A stretch of DNA of 64,000 bases from an uncultured Verrucomicrobiota bacterium. Its GTDB lineage: Bacteria; Verrucomicrobiota; Verrucomicrobiia; CAZIPW01. The notes under the pieces were generated by a model. That model searched no databases and had not been told where the DNA came from. It was given only the letters and a program-made list of their open reading frames with translations. The translations under genes and the position numbers were made by a program. Location: positions 77,490 through 141,489 of the forward strand of contig CAZIRU010000001.1 of assembly GCA_964541905.1 (NCBI GenBank), written 5' to 3'. Of the stretch, positions 39,071-49,384 are shown piece after piece (within the stretch, counting starts at the first letter, position 1; the number at the start of each line of letters is the position of its first letter).

Positions 39071-40159
39071 TTATTTTATTTGCGAGCGAGAAGCTTCGAG
39101 ATCTTTCATAAAAGAACGTGCAATCTCTGGCAACAGCATGGGCGACGGCATAGCAATGGTTTCTTGAAGCAACGCGGGGGTTAGTTCTCGAAAAACACCT
39201 TGCGGAAGGGGTTCCTTCTTCGATATGCCGTCGTCCGAGAGCAGAAGAACAGGCAAGCCGTGCTCGCGCGCAGCGGCAATAGCCCCGCTTTTTTGCCAAA
39301 ATGCCGGAGAATAGCCGGAAAGAAAAATATCCAGAGAAGAAAGATAGTAGGAAGCTTCGCGCATCGACATGAAGCCCAACTGTTCCACCTGCAACCGCCC
39401 GCGATACTTCTGAGCAAGCCTCTGCCAACGCACGACAGCTGCATTGGAAAGAGAGCCCCCGGAAAGCAGCGTCAGCTCAAGACCTGTTTGGGACTGTATC
39501 TTTGCACAACTTTCAAAGAAAGGCTCCAGCGGCGTTGCGGCCGAAATGGAGCCAAAAAAGCCCAAGCGGCGGTGATTTCCGCGCACAGGTTTTCGCGAGA
39601 CTGACTCGACAGGAATATTGCCGAACAGCGGAAGCAGTCGGGGGGCAAAACCCTCGATTTTGAGAGTCTCGGCATAAAAAGGAAGCGCCACATGCAAACA
39701 ACAAGGCTTGAGCGCGCGGAAAAGCGAAAGAATAAGGCGCTTTTGCAAGAGCGGCCCCAAAATGCGATATTTGAGTGGTTCTCCACGCCGATTAAACACC
39801 CATAGCTCGTGCGCAAAAATATGAACGGGGGCCAACTGTACAAGGCCGCGAAGTTCCTGCTGAAGGGAAAAGGGGAAGCCTCGCGCTTCAAAGGCAAAAG
39901 GCACAAACTGGAGCGAAATGAAATCGGGTGCAAACCCCGAAAGAAAGTGGCGCAAATGCGCGCGCTTGGCGCTTAGGGGAAGGTGGCGAGGCAACCGCAG
40001 AGAATCCTCGGAGAAAACAGGTGCCCCCGAGCGCTCCGAAAGAGAAATAAAACGAGACTCTACGCCCATGGGCTTAAGCGCCTCGGCCAACCGCAATGTA
40101 TAATCCGCAACACCGTCATGCTCGCGCGAAAGAGACCCTGTTATAAAGAGAATATTCAT
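39071..40159 (-). CDS. Glycosyltransferase (GT-B type).
   Basis: N-terminal MNILFITGS... and the C-terminal LPVLLLSDDG region. The start overlaps the wzt stop. Confidence 0.55.
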   Translation of the reverse strand: MNILFITGSLSREHDGVADYTLRLAEALKPMGVESRFISLSERSGAPVFSEDSLRLPRHLPLSAKRAHLRHFLSGFAPDFISLQFVPFAFEARGFPFSLQQELRGLVQLAPVHIFAHELWVFNRRGEPLKYRILGPLLQKRLILSLFRALKPCCLHVALPFYAETLKIEGFAPRLLPLFGNIPVESVSRKPVRGNHRRLGFFGSISAATPLEPFFESCAKIQSQTGLELTLLSGGSLSNAAVVRWQRLAQKYRGRLQVEQLGFMSMREASYYLSSLDIFLSGYSPAFWQKSGAIAAAREHGLPVLLLSDDGISKKEPLPQGVFRELTPALLQETIAMPSPMLLPEIARSFMKDLEASRSQIK

Positions 40160-41394
40160 CGCAGCGTCCATTCGGCAGGAATCAAAAGCGGCCCATCCGC
40201 TGAAAGGTAGCGCACCGCGCGGCCGAAGAAAAGATGCGGGCGGATATTAAACTCAAAAACCGATGACAATTCATCCACAACGACATCGTCCCGCCGCAGC
40301 TCAAACGACACCGTATAGGGTCCGGGCACTAGACTGGGAAGCGTAAATTCACTGCGGAGCGTAAACTTATCTCCGGTGACTTCAAAATCTTCCATTGCAG
40401 CTTGGGTGCGGAGCGCGAAAAGAGTCGAAGAGCCCGCACGCGCAAAACGCAAAACGAGGTTGAGATGATTGGCAGAACCACAAAGCGCACCATCGATTTC
40501 GATCGCCACACGCTCACCGGTTTCAAAGTCGTGCGGACGAGAGCCGTCGGGCCGCAACATCCTCAACCGCCGCAAGACGCACTCGCGCCCCGCCGTACGT
40601 TTGAAATTATCCAGCGCCACCCCATCGGCCATTTCTTTTGCGACGGCTGCGTGTTGGTAGCGCTCCAGAACATCTTCCAGCGGGCCCCACATCGCTTGAT
40701 GGCCGTTTTCGAGCAAAAGCCCCTTCTGGCAGAAACCCTGCAATAGCGCTGGATTGTGACTGACAAAGACAACCGCACGTCCGGCACGGCCCACCTCGCC
40801 CATTTTGTCGAGGCATTTTTTTTGGAAACGCTGGTCGCCCACCGCCAACACTTCATCCACGATCAATAGCTCCGTTTGCAGGTGCGCCGCGACGGCAAAA
40901 GCCAGTCGCACATACATCCCCGAAGAATAACGTTTGACCGGGGTATCGAGAAATTCTTCGACCTCGGCGAAGTCAACAATTGCGTCAAAGTTTTTGAGAA
41001 TCTCCACGCGGCTCATCCCCAAAAGAGCGCCGTTAAGAAAGATATTTTCGCGGCCCGTCAATTCGGGATGAAAACCGGTCCCCACCTCTAAAAGAGACCC
41101 CACGCGCCCGCGTAAGATCATACGACCATCCGTTGGCAAGGTCACGCGGCTGATGACTTTAAGCAAGGTGCTCTTGCCAGCGCCGTTACGCCCAATCAGG
41201 GCCAGAGTCTCTCCAGCGTTAAGCGTAAAATTCAGATCCTTGAGAGCCCAGAATTCCTTGAGACTCTCATTGCCAAAAAATGAGAGCGGGTTTCGAAAAA
41301 AACGCTCCACTACATAGCGCGCGCCTCGATCGGCGCTTCGGCCGAGCCAAAAACGCTTTGAAATATTTTCGACTTCCAGTAGGGGTTCGCTCAT
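40156..41394 (-). CDS. wzt: Polysaccharide/O-antigen ABC exporter ATP-binding protein (Wzt/TagH-like) with a C-terminal substrate-binding extension.
   Basis: GRNGAGKSTLLK Walker A, the LSGGQ-like SSGMYVRLAF, and an extra C-terminal domain of about 150 aa. Confidence 0.85.
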   Translation of the reverse strand: MSEPLLEVENISKRFWLGRSADRGARYVVERFFRNPLSFFGNESLKEFWALKDLNFTLNAGETLALIGRNGAGKSTLLKVISRVTLPTDGRMILRGRVGSLLEVGTGFHPELTGRENIFLNGALLGMSRVEILKNFDAIVDFAEVEEFLDTPVKRYSSGMYVRLAFAVAAHLQTELLIVDEVLAVGDQRFQKKCLDKMGEVGRAGRAVVFVSHNPALLQGFCQKGLLLENGHQAMWGPLEDVLERYQHAAVAKEMADGVALDNFKRTAGRECVLRRLRMLRPDGSRPHDFETGERVAIEIDGALCGSANHLNLVLRFARAGSSTLFALRTQAAMEDFEVTGDKFTLRSEFTLPSLVPGPYTVSFELRRDDVVVDELSSVFEFNIRPHLFFGRAVRYLSADGPLLIPAEWTLR

Positions 41395-42200
41395 ATTTCA
41401 TCCGCCATGGAGGTTTCGGAGCGCAGAAAAAGAGCGACTCCAAGAAAAAAGAACAAAGTGGAAATAACCATGCACCAGAGCAATGCCTGCAGCGGAAAAA
41501 CCATTTCCGGCAAAACCGCCCAGCGCATCCCCTCAATAACGCCTACCAATGGATTGAGCATAAAGACCGCGCGGAAAGCCTCCGGCACAACCGCCATCGC
41601 ATAACCAACCGGAGTAATAAACATTCCAAACTGAACCGCAAACGGCAGCAAAAATCGCAAGTCGCGGTAGCGCACCAAGAGCGCTGCCACTACTAGCATC
41701 GGCCCCAAAGTCGCATATGCGCCTAGCAAAACCCAAATCGGCAAGGTAAAAAGGCGAAAACCCCATGCGCCCCCGGCCAAGGGAATAGCCGCCAAAAGCA
41801 AAAGTAAATTGAGCGCCAAGTCAACAAAGGCCACCCATAGACTTGAGATGGGGATAATCATTCGGGGAAAATACAATTTTGTCACCAAAGGAATATTCCC
41901 CAGCAAACTTGTGCCGCCCGTTTGCAGACCAAATGTAAAAAGCTGCCAAGGGATCATCGCCGCATAAACCGAAAGGAAACTCGAACCCTCCAACCCCGCC
42001 ACACGACCAAAAACAAAGGAAAGGGCCCCCACGGTCAAAAGGGGCACCAGAAATGCCCACAACACCCCTGCAACGGTCTGTTTGTAGCGCACCGACAGAT
42101 CGCGCCCAGCCAGAAAGTAGAGCAGCTCGCCATACGCGCGCAGGTCCGCCAAATAACGCGGCAAAGAAAGACGGGGGGTGATAACGGTCACACGTTGCAT
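41391..42200 (-). CDS. wzm: ABC-2 type polysaccharide exporter permease (Wzm).
   Basis: Six TM helices. It is 4-bp translationally coupled to wzt. Confidence 0.8.
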   Translation of the reverse strand: MQRVTVITPRLSLPRYLADLRAYGELLYFLAGRDLSVRYKQTVAGVLWAFLVPLLTVGALSFVFGRVAGLEGSSFLSVYAAMIPWQLFTFGLQTGGTSLLGNIPLVTKLYFPRMIIPISSLWVAFVDLALNLLLLLAAIPLAGGAWGFRLFTLPIWVLLGAYATLGPMLVVAALLVRYRDLRFLLPFAVQFGMFITPVGYAMAVVPEAFRAVFMLNPLVGVIEGMRWAVLPEMVFPLQALLWCMVISTLFFFLGVALFLRSETSMADEI

Positions 42201-42266
42201 CAGGAGGACTATTATACAACCTTTTTAGGCTTAACAGCCATCCAAAAATGTGAGATTTTATTAGGT

Positions 42267-43676
42267 GTGCTGCACAATCGTAAAGTTGGGATCCTCGCGC
42301 TCTACGGCGCCTGCGTCAGCTTGGGGCTTCCTCTTTGGTTTATGGCCTACTATTTCGCCTACTCGCTTTTGGGAAGCGGGCTGGTCTGGGAGGGGGCCAA
42401 ACTGGAGCTTTACACCGCCTCACTCCTTTTGGGAACGCTTAGCTATTTTGGACATTACCATCGCTTGGGCTATCGTCGGCACGGGGGGCGTTTACTGTCA
42501 GCCGTCCAAGTTGCCGCATTTCAAACCCTTATTGCCGCACTTGTGCTTTTCGGCGTGGCTTTTGTCGTTCATTCCTTGGCGCTCAGCCGCATATTTGTAC
42601 TCTCTTTTTTGGCATTGAGCTGGGTTGGCTTCATTCTTTCCAACTATTTTGGTCCCTCATGGGTCGCGCGAGTGGCGCTTTGGCATGACGCCCCGCTACG
42701 GACTATTTTGATCGGGTCTTCCAAAGCCGCAGCGCACTTGTGGGGCTGGCTGGAAGGGCAAAAGGATATTGGCGTGAATACCATCGGACTGGTTACCGAA
42801 GAGGAAGCCGATAAGGGACTTATCGGATTGCCGCATCTCGGAAAAGCTTGGGAACTCGAAGAGGTACTCAAAACGAACTCTATCGATCAGGTTATCTTAC
42901 TGGAGGGGATGACTTCGACTGAGCGCTCGCGCAACATTTTTCGGCTTTGCCAGCGCAAGGGCGTGCGAATTCTCATTTACAGTTATTGGGAAGATCTTCT
43001 GAATTACCCACTCTGCCCCATTAGTGAAGGAGAGGCGACCTTTTTTACCTTGGGTGAAGAACCGCTCGAAAACATCGTCAACCGGTTGCTAAAACGAACT
43101 TTTGACATCATCGTGTCTGCTGCCGTTTGCGCGCTTGTCCTGCCATTACTACTCCTGTGGGTTATGAGCCGACAGAAAAAAGAAAGCCCCGGGCCTCTTT
43201 TTTTCAAGCAACTGCGCGCCGGCAAAAACGGGCGGCCGTTTGAGGTACTGAAAATTCGCACGATGCATGTGCGCACAAACGATGCAGCAGACGTTCGTCA
43301 AGCGACACAGGGGGATGAGCGGGTTTATCCATTTGGAGAATGGCTGCGCAAAACAAGCCTCGACGAGCTGCCGCAGTTTATCAATGTCTTGCGCGGACAG
43401 ATGAGCGTGGTAGGGCCACGCCCGCATATGCTGGCGCATGACGCGAAGTTTGCGGAGTTTGTGGACGTTTATCGCTCGCGCTTTTTTGTAAAGCCCGGCA
43501 TCACGGGGTTGGCGCAGGTAAATGGCTATCGAGGGGAAATCGAAAACGCCGAGCAGCTCGAAAAAAGAATCAAATATGACATCGAATACATCACCAGCTG
43601 GTCGTTCTGGCTGGATGTGGTCATCGTTTTAAAAACAGCGTGGTTTGTCCTCCGGCCTCAAAAGAAAGCGTACTAA
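42267..43676 (+). CDS. wbaP: Undecaprenyl-phosphate sugar phosphotransferase (WbaP/WcaJ-type initiating transferase).
   Basis: C-terminal bacterial sugar-transferase domain (KRTFDIIVS..., PRPHMLAHD, GITGLAQVNGYRGE). GTG at 42267 is chosen because the first ATG falls inside TM1. Confidence 0.8.
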   Translation: MLHNRKVGILALYGACVSLGLPLWFMAYYFAYSLLGSGLVWEGAKLELYTASLLLGTLSYFGHYHRLGYRRHGGRLLSAVQVAAFQTLIAALVLFGVAFVVHSLALSRIFVLSFLALSWVGFILSNYFGPSWVARVALWHDAPLRTILIGSSKAAAHLWGWLEGQKDIGVNTIGLVTEEEADKGLIGLPHLGKAWELEEVLKTNSIDQVILLEGMTSTERSRNIFRLCQRKGVRILIYSYWEDLLNYPLCPISEGEATFFTLGEEPLENIVNRLLKRTFDIIVSAAVCALVLPLLLLWVMSRQKKESPGPLFFKQLRAGKNGRPFEVLKIRTMHVRTNDAADVRQATQGDERVYPFGEWLRKTSLDELPQFINVLRGQMSVVGPRPHMLAHDAKFAEFVDVYRSRFFVKPGITGLAQVNGYRGEIENAEQLEKRIKYDIEYITSWSFWLDVVIVLKTAWFVLRPQKKAY

Positions 43677-43678
43677 AA

Positions 43679-44986
43679 ATGGCAACCTATCTTTTTTTCA
43701 CACAGGGCGCAGATGCGCAATGGATGGAGTTACTCAAACATTTTGCGGCGCTCCACGACAGCGAAACGCGCCTTCATTCGGCCCTAACCGCCACGCAGGC
43801 TACATCAGCGCTAGGGGGAGAAAAGCCAGCGGTTGTCGTGTGTTTTGAGGATTTCACCCAACGTGTGGCGGTAAAGTACAAGCACGCCTCACGGGCAATT
43901 GTCCATGTGGTGCGTATTCGAAAAACCGGCGAGCAAATCGCAAAAACGGCCGAGAACAAAGCCTTTCACTGCCGCGAGTGCTCGATCAATTTTTTCTATG
44001 ACCGCCAAGGTTACGAAAAAAACTGGGCGTTAAAAAGAGAGCGGCGATTTCTGGCGCTGGACAATCCCTTCTGCCTCGAAAGCCAAAAAGCAAATCGGAA
44101 CGTTCTTTTTTCATATGCGCTTGAAGCGCTCCTTCGGCCTTGCGCGTGCCCGACAAATGAGCAGCTAAAAGAGGATTTTGGCCATATCGAGCTAAGCTAC
44201 GTCACCCATTTTTATTTCAACCAAAAAAGTCCGAAAAGTATTTTTGACTTGCTTGAGACATATGCACGCTACGACCGATCGTTGCGCGAAAAGATTCTTT
44301 TTGTCCTCGTCGATGACGGCTCGAGCGTCGAGTACACCGTACCAGAACTTCCTCTCAATATCTTGTGGCTAAGAATCACTCGGGATATTCCATGGAATCA
44401 GGCCGGCGCGCGCAATCTTGGCATGACCTACGCCAAGTCGGACAAGGTCGTTTTGACGGACATCGATCATATTTTCCCCGAAGAAACCCTGCGCGGTCTA
44501 GTGAAAGCGCGACCCTGCGGGAGACGTTTTTACAAATTCCATCGCAAAACGGACGAAGGAAAGCTCCGTAAGGGACACCCCAATATTTTCTACCTTTCAC
44601 GCGGCCGGTTTTTTGAACTCTTCGGCTACGACGAGGAATTTGGTGGGGCCTATGGCGCGGAAGATTACCGTTTTGTTAAATATCAGAAGGCTTGCGGCTC
44701 GTGGCAGCGCTATTTTCCCAAACGCTATTTCATCCACGAGAACAAAGTTGATCGCGAAAAGTCGTATCACACACTTACCCGCGACTTGAGCCTCAATACG
44801 CCTATCGATTCGCGCAAGCGCGCCGAAATGGAAACTTATGGGCACAAGCTTGGCCACAGCCGAATGTTTTTGAATTTTGAATGGCAACTGGTAAGCAAAC
44901 AGTTTTTAAGGCCTCGCGAAACCCCAAAGATTGATAAGACGTGGAAGTACCTTTCATGGGTGCGGACACTTTTCCCCACCAAATAA
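43679..44986 (+). CDS. Hypothetical protein with a GT-A (family 2-like) glycosyltransferase core.
   Basis: LFVLVDDGSS and TDIDHIF (DxD-like) motifs. Confidence 0.5.
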   Translation: MATYLFFTQGADAQWMELLKHFAALHDSETRLHSALTATQATSALGGEKPAVVVCFEDFTQRVAVKYKHASRAIVHVVRIRKTGEQIAKTAENKAFHCRECSINFFYDRQGYEKNWALKRERRFLALDNPFCLESQKANRNVLFSYALEALLRPCACPTNEQLKEDFGHIELSYVTHFYFNQKSPKSIFDLLETYARYDRSLREKILFVLVDDGSSVEYTVPELPLNILWLRITRDIPWNQAGARNLGMTYAKSDKVVLTDIDHIFPEETLRGLVKARPCGRRFYKFHRKTDEGKLRKGHPNIFYLSRGRFFELFGYDEEFGGAYGAEDYRFVKYQKACGSWQRYFPKRYFIHENKVDREKSYHTLTRDLSLNTPIDSRKRAEMETYGHKLGHSRMFLNFEWQLVSKQFLRPRETPKIDKTWKYLSWVRTLFPTK

Positions 44987-46918
44987 TTATTCATAGCGTA
45001 GTGCAACAATGGGCGAAAGTGCGGAAGCTTTGAGCGCAGGCCAAAGCCCAAAGACAATACCAATAACGAACGAAAAACTCGTCGCCAGAATGACTGCAAA
45101 AAGCGAAACCGAGACTGCCCAGCCCAAAACAACCGCCATCAGAACGGAGACTCCGGCGCCCAAAGCCACCCCAAGAAGGCCGCCAATAAGCGAAAGCAGA
45201 ACCGACTCAAATAAAAATTGGAATAAAATATCTCGCCGCGTGGCTCCCACAGCCTTTCGCAACCCAATCTCTTTCGTGCGTTCTACAACCGCCACCAACA
45301 TAATATTCATAATTCCAATGCCGCCAACTACCAATGAAATAGCAGCAACCGTTCCCAAAAGCGCCGTCATTGTATTTGTCATTGAAGAAAGAGTCGCTTT
45401 GATATCAGCCATGTTGCGAATTTCAAAAGCGGAATCACTACCAACGGTACGATGCCGGCGATTAAGAAGCGTTTCTATTTGTTCTTGTACCGCATCGGAG
45501 TATTTTGCCTCCGCAACGTCCACATAAATGCCATCTAAAAAATCCCGCCCTAAAAGCCGCCTCATGCCCGTCTTAAGCGGGATGATAATTACATCATCCT
45601 GATCGCGTGGACCGCTGACGCCGCGTACCGGCAGCACGCCGATTACGTTAAAGTAGGTCTCGTTGACGCGAATGGTCTTTCCCACGGGATCGGCCCCACC
45701 CCAGAGCGTTTTTACAATCGTTGCGCCCAAAAGCGCGACTTTGGCTCCCGACTGCTCCTCTTGCGGCGAAAAAAACCTACCCGTCAAAGGCGTCAAATTG
45801 CGGATTTTTTCGTAAGGCCGTTCAACAGCCTCCACGCTCGTGTTGGCATTTTGGCCGTCGGCTATAACCTGCACACGCGACGTAACTACTCCGCTAACGC
45901 CGTTGAGATGAGGAATCTGAGTCCGGATGGCAAGGACATCCTCATCCGAAAGCCGTGTTGTCGAACCACTCTCAAGCGCAACCCCTCCCGCGCGCGATGT
46001 CCCCGGGCGCACCAATATCATATTGGATCCCAAAGAAGCCAGCTGCCTTTGCATGGTGGCGCTTGCGCCCTCTCCCAGCGAAAGCATGGCAATGACGGAA
46101 GCGATGCCGATAAGAATCCCGAGCACCGAAAGGAACGAACGCGTGCGGTGACTCCAAATCGAAATAAGCGCCTGTTTGAGATAATCCAGAAAGTGGATCG
46201 CCTCTCGATTTGGGGGAGAAGGAGCGGCGGCCTCCTTGCAGACATTGGCCGCAGGCGCCGAATCGCTCAAGATTTTGCCATCGCGCATGACGATAATCCG
46301 GCGCGCATAGTGGGCCATTTCCTCTTCGTGCGTCACTAAAATAATCGTTTTCCCCGCCTGATTGAGCGCGCGAAGGTGTTCCATGATTTCGACTTTGGTG
46401 CGGCTATCGAGATTGCCGGTAGGCTCATCTGCAAAAATAATCTGTGGATCGTTGACAAGCGCGCGGGCAATCGCAACTCGTTGCTGCTGTCCTCCCGACA
46501 TCTCATTGGGTTTGTGCGCGGCCCGCTCTGCAAGCCCCACGCGCTCTAGAGATTCGCGAGCCTTCCGCGCGTCGCGGGAGTTGCCGCTATACAAAAGCGG
46601 AAGCGCCGCATTCTCGAGCGCAGTCAATTTTGGCAGGAGAAAAAATTGCTGAAAGACAAAGCCAAAATAATGGCTACGCAGGCCCGCCAAGCGCCGGCTG
46701 TCTAGGGAGGCCACATCTTCGCCAAAGAGCTTATAGGCGCCCGAGCTTGGTGTGTCCAAGAGCCCCAGAATTTGCATGAGCGTGCTTTTCCCCGAACCTG
46801 ACGCACCCATGATGGCAACAAACTCCCCCGGGCAAATCGAAAGCGATACTCCGTCAAGCGCCCGGATTTCCTCGGCCCCGGGCGTATATATTTTTCGGAT
46901 ATCGCGCAGTTCTATCAT
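44987..46918 (-). CDS. macB: MacB-type ABC transporter with fused ATPase and FtsX-like permease.
   Basis: [11 protein letters not shown] and [15 protein letters not shown], plus a C-terminal 4-TM permease with a large periplasmic domain. Confidence 0.9.
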   Translation of the reverse strand: MIELRDIRKIYTPGAEEIRALDGVSLSICPGEFVAIMGASGSGKSTLMQILGLLDTPSSGAYKLFGEDVASLDSRRLAGLRSHYFGFVFQQFFLLPKLTALENAALPLLYSGNSRDARKARESLERVGLAERAAHKPNEMSGGQQQRVAIARALVNDPQIIFADEPTGNLDSRTKVEIMEHLRALNQAGKTIILVTHEEEMAHYARRIIVMRDGKILSDSAPAANVCKEAAAPSPPNREAIHFLDYLKQALISIWSHRTRSFLSVLGILIGIASVIAMLSLGEGASATMQRQLASLGSNMILVRPGTSRAGGVALESGSTTRLSDEDVLAIRTQIPHLNGVSGVVTSRVQVIADGQNANTSVEAVERPYEKIRNLTPLTGRFFSPQEEQSGAKVALLGATIVKTLWGGADPVGKTIRVNETYFNVIGVLPVRGVSGPRDQDDVIIIPLKTGMRRLLGRDFLDGIYVDVAEAKYSDAVQEQIETLLNRRHRTVGSDSAFEIRNMADIKATLSSMTNTMTALLGTVAAISLVVGGIGIMNIMLVAVVERTKEIGLRKAVGATRRDILFQFLFESVLLSLIGGLLGVALGAGVSVLMAVVLGWAVSVSLFAVILATSFSFVIGIVFGLWPALKASALSPIVALRYE

Positions 46919-46928
46919 CTGGCCTTCG

Positions 46929-47849
46929 TTATTTTTTCCCTCCGCGGAACTCCGGCATGAACGGATTTTTGCCGCCCGATTCTGGGTTGAGGTTAAGTTG
47001 TCTTGAGCGCGAAACCACCCGCGAGTTTTCGCTCAAGCCCTGAAGAATCTCCACGCGATCATTGGTGATAATTCCCGTCTGCACTCCCACGACTTGCGGC
47101 TTCCCTTTTTCATCCAAAAGTGTAACTGTTGCGGGGTCGCTGGCGAGTTCGACGGCCTCGAGCGGCAATGTAAGTGCCCCTTCCTTGCTAAGCGTCTCAA
47201 AAGCAATCTGGGCGTTCATTCCCGAGCGGAAAAAATCAGGCGCGTCAACAGGAAGCAAATCCACCTTATATACCGTCACATTGCTGGCAACGGTCGATTC
47301 ATAATAGATATGCGAAACAGCAGCCTCAACTCCCGCTTTCGGGAAGGCATCAAGCGTTACTATCGCGCGCTGACCTTCGCAGATGCTGCTAATATCGGTT
47401 TCGTCCACTTGCGCCCGAACGATCAGCTGATCTGAAAGGACGACAATGGCGTCCGTGCTGGCCACTACTTGTCCAGGTTGGAGCGTCGCGACAATAACCG
47501 TCGCTTCCATCGGAGAAACCAGCTGAATGGGTTTGTAAACTTCCTCCCAATAGGCCAGCTCCTCGGCCCCCTGACCCTGCGCCGCATCAATGAGAGTGGC
47601 TCGATCGGTCGAGCTCAAGGTTGCCAGCGGATCGCCTTTTTGGACCTGCTGCCCCTCAGCAACCAACATCTGCTCCACGCGTCCGGCCACAGGAGGACGT
47701 ATTTCCAGCCGATTCCGCGGGGTCACCACACCCGTAGTGGTGAGCGTTTGGGTAAGCGTCATGCGCAGGGGGGTAATCGTTGCGTTGCCGCCGCCGAGAG
47801 CAAACAAGAGGCTACTTGAGCACAACCATACTGCGAGAATTTTTTTCAT
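46929..47849 (-). CDS. Efflux periplasmic adaptor subunit (HlyD/MacA family).
   Basis: Signal peptide and the biotinyl/lipoyl-like and beta-barrel segments typical of membrane fusion proteins. Confidence 0.8.
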   Translation of the reverse strand: MKKILAVWLCSSSLLFALGGGNATITPLRMTLTQTLTTTGVVTPRNRLEIRPPVAGRVEQMLVAEGQQVQKGDPLATLSSTDRATLIDAAQGQGAEELAYWEEVYKPIQLVSPMEATVIVATLQPGQVVASTDAIVVLSDQLIVRAQVDETDISSICEGQRAIVTLDAFPKAGVEAAVSHIYYESTVASNVTVYKVDLLPVDAPDFFRSGMNAQIAFETLSKEGALTLPLEAVELASDPATVTLLDEKGKPQVVGVQTGIITNDRVEILQGLSENSRVVSRSRQLNLNPESGGKNPFMPEFRGGKK

Positions 47850-49105
47850 AAATTAATCTCCGGCAAAGGCACGCCTTTGGCTTGCTGCCACACCGCCTCG
47901 GCTCGGAAGGCCGCCGCACGCGCATTAAGCTCGGCTTGTTTGGAAGAAACAAAATTGTCTTCGATGATCGTCCAGTTGTCGTAGGAAAGAAGACCTACGC
48001 CATACTGCGCCTGCGCAATGCGCTCTCGCTCGGTATTTGCCTCAAGGAAAGCCTTCTGCACTTCCGCCGCGTCTATTGCGTTTTGGAAATCCTCATAGGC
48101 ACCTCGTAAAGCCGTAAAGAGGGTATTATAGGCAGAGCGCGTCGAGGCCTCTGCGGCAATGATCGCCGAACGCGCCTTTTGCACCCCCGCTTCGCGCGCA
48201 AAACCATCAAAGAGCGTATAGCTCACGCTTGCAGAAGCCGAAAGTTGATTGTCTTCAGGGGGAATATCGTTGGAAGAGCGCCCCACGCCGGCTGAAACGT
48301 TCAAGCTAGGCCAATAGGCAGCTTGCGCCTGCTTGAGACCCTCCCGCGCCGCGCGTTCGGCGGCAAGCGATCTTAAATAGGTGGGGTGGACTTTTGCCAA
48401 AAGTTCAAAGTCTGGCGACTCAGGAAGCTCGAACGCACTTGAAATTGCCTTTACAAAAAAATCACGCGTCAGCGGCAACCCCATCGCCTTGCTCAGCGCC
48501 ACTTGCGCCTGGCGGAGATTGCGGCGCGCCGCCGAAAGATTGGCGCGAGCTTGCGCGGTATTCGCGCGCGCCGAGAGGAGCGCCCCGCGGTGCTCAATCC
48601 CCGATTCATAGCGCAACGAAACCAGTTTTTCGTTGGAAAGGCGCAGGTTCAAAATCGACTCGGAGAGCACAATATTTTCCTGCGCCTGCCAGAGCGTCAC
48701 AAAAGCCGTGCGCAGCTCGTAACGCAGTTGCGCCGAGGTGACCGTGTACGCGCGGCGCTGGACTTCCCGCTCGGCTTGCGCTTGGCGCGTTTGCGAACGA
48801 TTGGCCCCCGCATCAAAGAGCGTCATCGAAGCGTTTAGTCCCACCGACGAAGCATTTTGCGCGGCAGCATCCCCGCGTTTCGTGCGACTAAGGGAAGCTT
48901 CGGCGGAAAGTTGCGGAATCTCGCTGGCACGCGTTTGGACAACCGTAGCCTCTGCTTGCGTAATACTTTCCACGGCCACGATCAAATCGGGATGATAACG
49001 CGCCGCCTCAGCCAAGCACTCCTGCCAATTCATTTCCTCAGCACCCCACAATGGAGCCAAGCCAAAGATAAGCAGTAGAATTCCCGCACGCTTCATTTCT
49101 TCCAT
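47846..49105 (-). CDS. TolC-like outer-membrane efflux protein.
   Basis: Two-repeat OEP architecture with a signal peptide. It overlaps the adaptor gene by 4 bp. Confidence 0.8.
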   Translation of the reverse strand: MEEMKRAGILLLIFGLAPLWGAEEMNWQECLAEAARYHPDLIVAVESITQAEATVVQTRASEIPQLSAEASLSRTKRGDAAAQNASSVGLNASMTLFDAGANRSQTRQAQAEREVQRRAYTVTSAQLRYELRTAFVTLWQAQENIVLSESILNLRLSNEKLVSLRYESGIEHRGALLSARANTAQARANLSAARRNLRQAQVALSKAMGLPLTRDFFVKAISSAFELPESPDFELLAKVHPTYLRSLAAERAAREGLKQAQAAYWPSLNVSAGVGRSSNDIPPEDNQLSASASVSYTLFDGFAREAGVQKARSAIIAAEASTRSAYNTLFTALRGAYEDFQNAIDAAEVQKAFLEANTERERIAQAQYGVGLLSYDNWTIIEDNFVSSKQAELNARAAAFRAEAVWQQAKGVPLPEINL

Positions 49106-49181
49106 TGCATCTCAGCGGCCCCCAAAAGGCAACCTTCGAGCATAGAACTTTTGGGCATCACGGCCATGCCTGAAAAAACTT

Positions 49182-49257
49182 GGGCGGCCAAGGGGATTTG
49201 AACCCCCGACCCCCAGATCCACAATCTGGTGCTCTAACCGACTGAGCTATGGCCGCC
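49182..49257 (-). tRNA. tRNA-His (anticodon GTG). G-1 is not encoded.
   Basis: Hand-folded. Acceptor GGCGGCC/GGCCGCC, D-arm TAGCTCAGTCGGTTAGAGC, anticodon stem CCAGA/TCTGG with loop TTGTGGA, T-arm GGGGGTTCAAATCCCC, discriminator C. The genomic position -1 is C. Confidence 0.85.
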
Positions 49258-49384
49258 GTAAAGACACTTATTATACCCTCCCGCACCTTCAAAAGTCCAC
49301 CAAAAAAGAGGGCGTGGAGGACGCCCTCTTTCTGTTTGCGATTGATTTCATCCCGCCAGCGAACCGATCGTTGGCAAATTGCTT

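Noticed and set aside
41922-42266. N-terminal 115 codons of the 584-aa ORF-track version of wbaP
   Set aside because: That stretch is antisense to wzm and highly basic. The real start is most likely GTG 42267, just before TM1.
42265-42618. 117-aa ORF on the plus strand
   Set aside because: Wrong frame within the N-terminal TM region of the WbaP-like gene.
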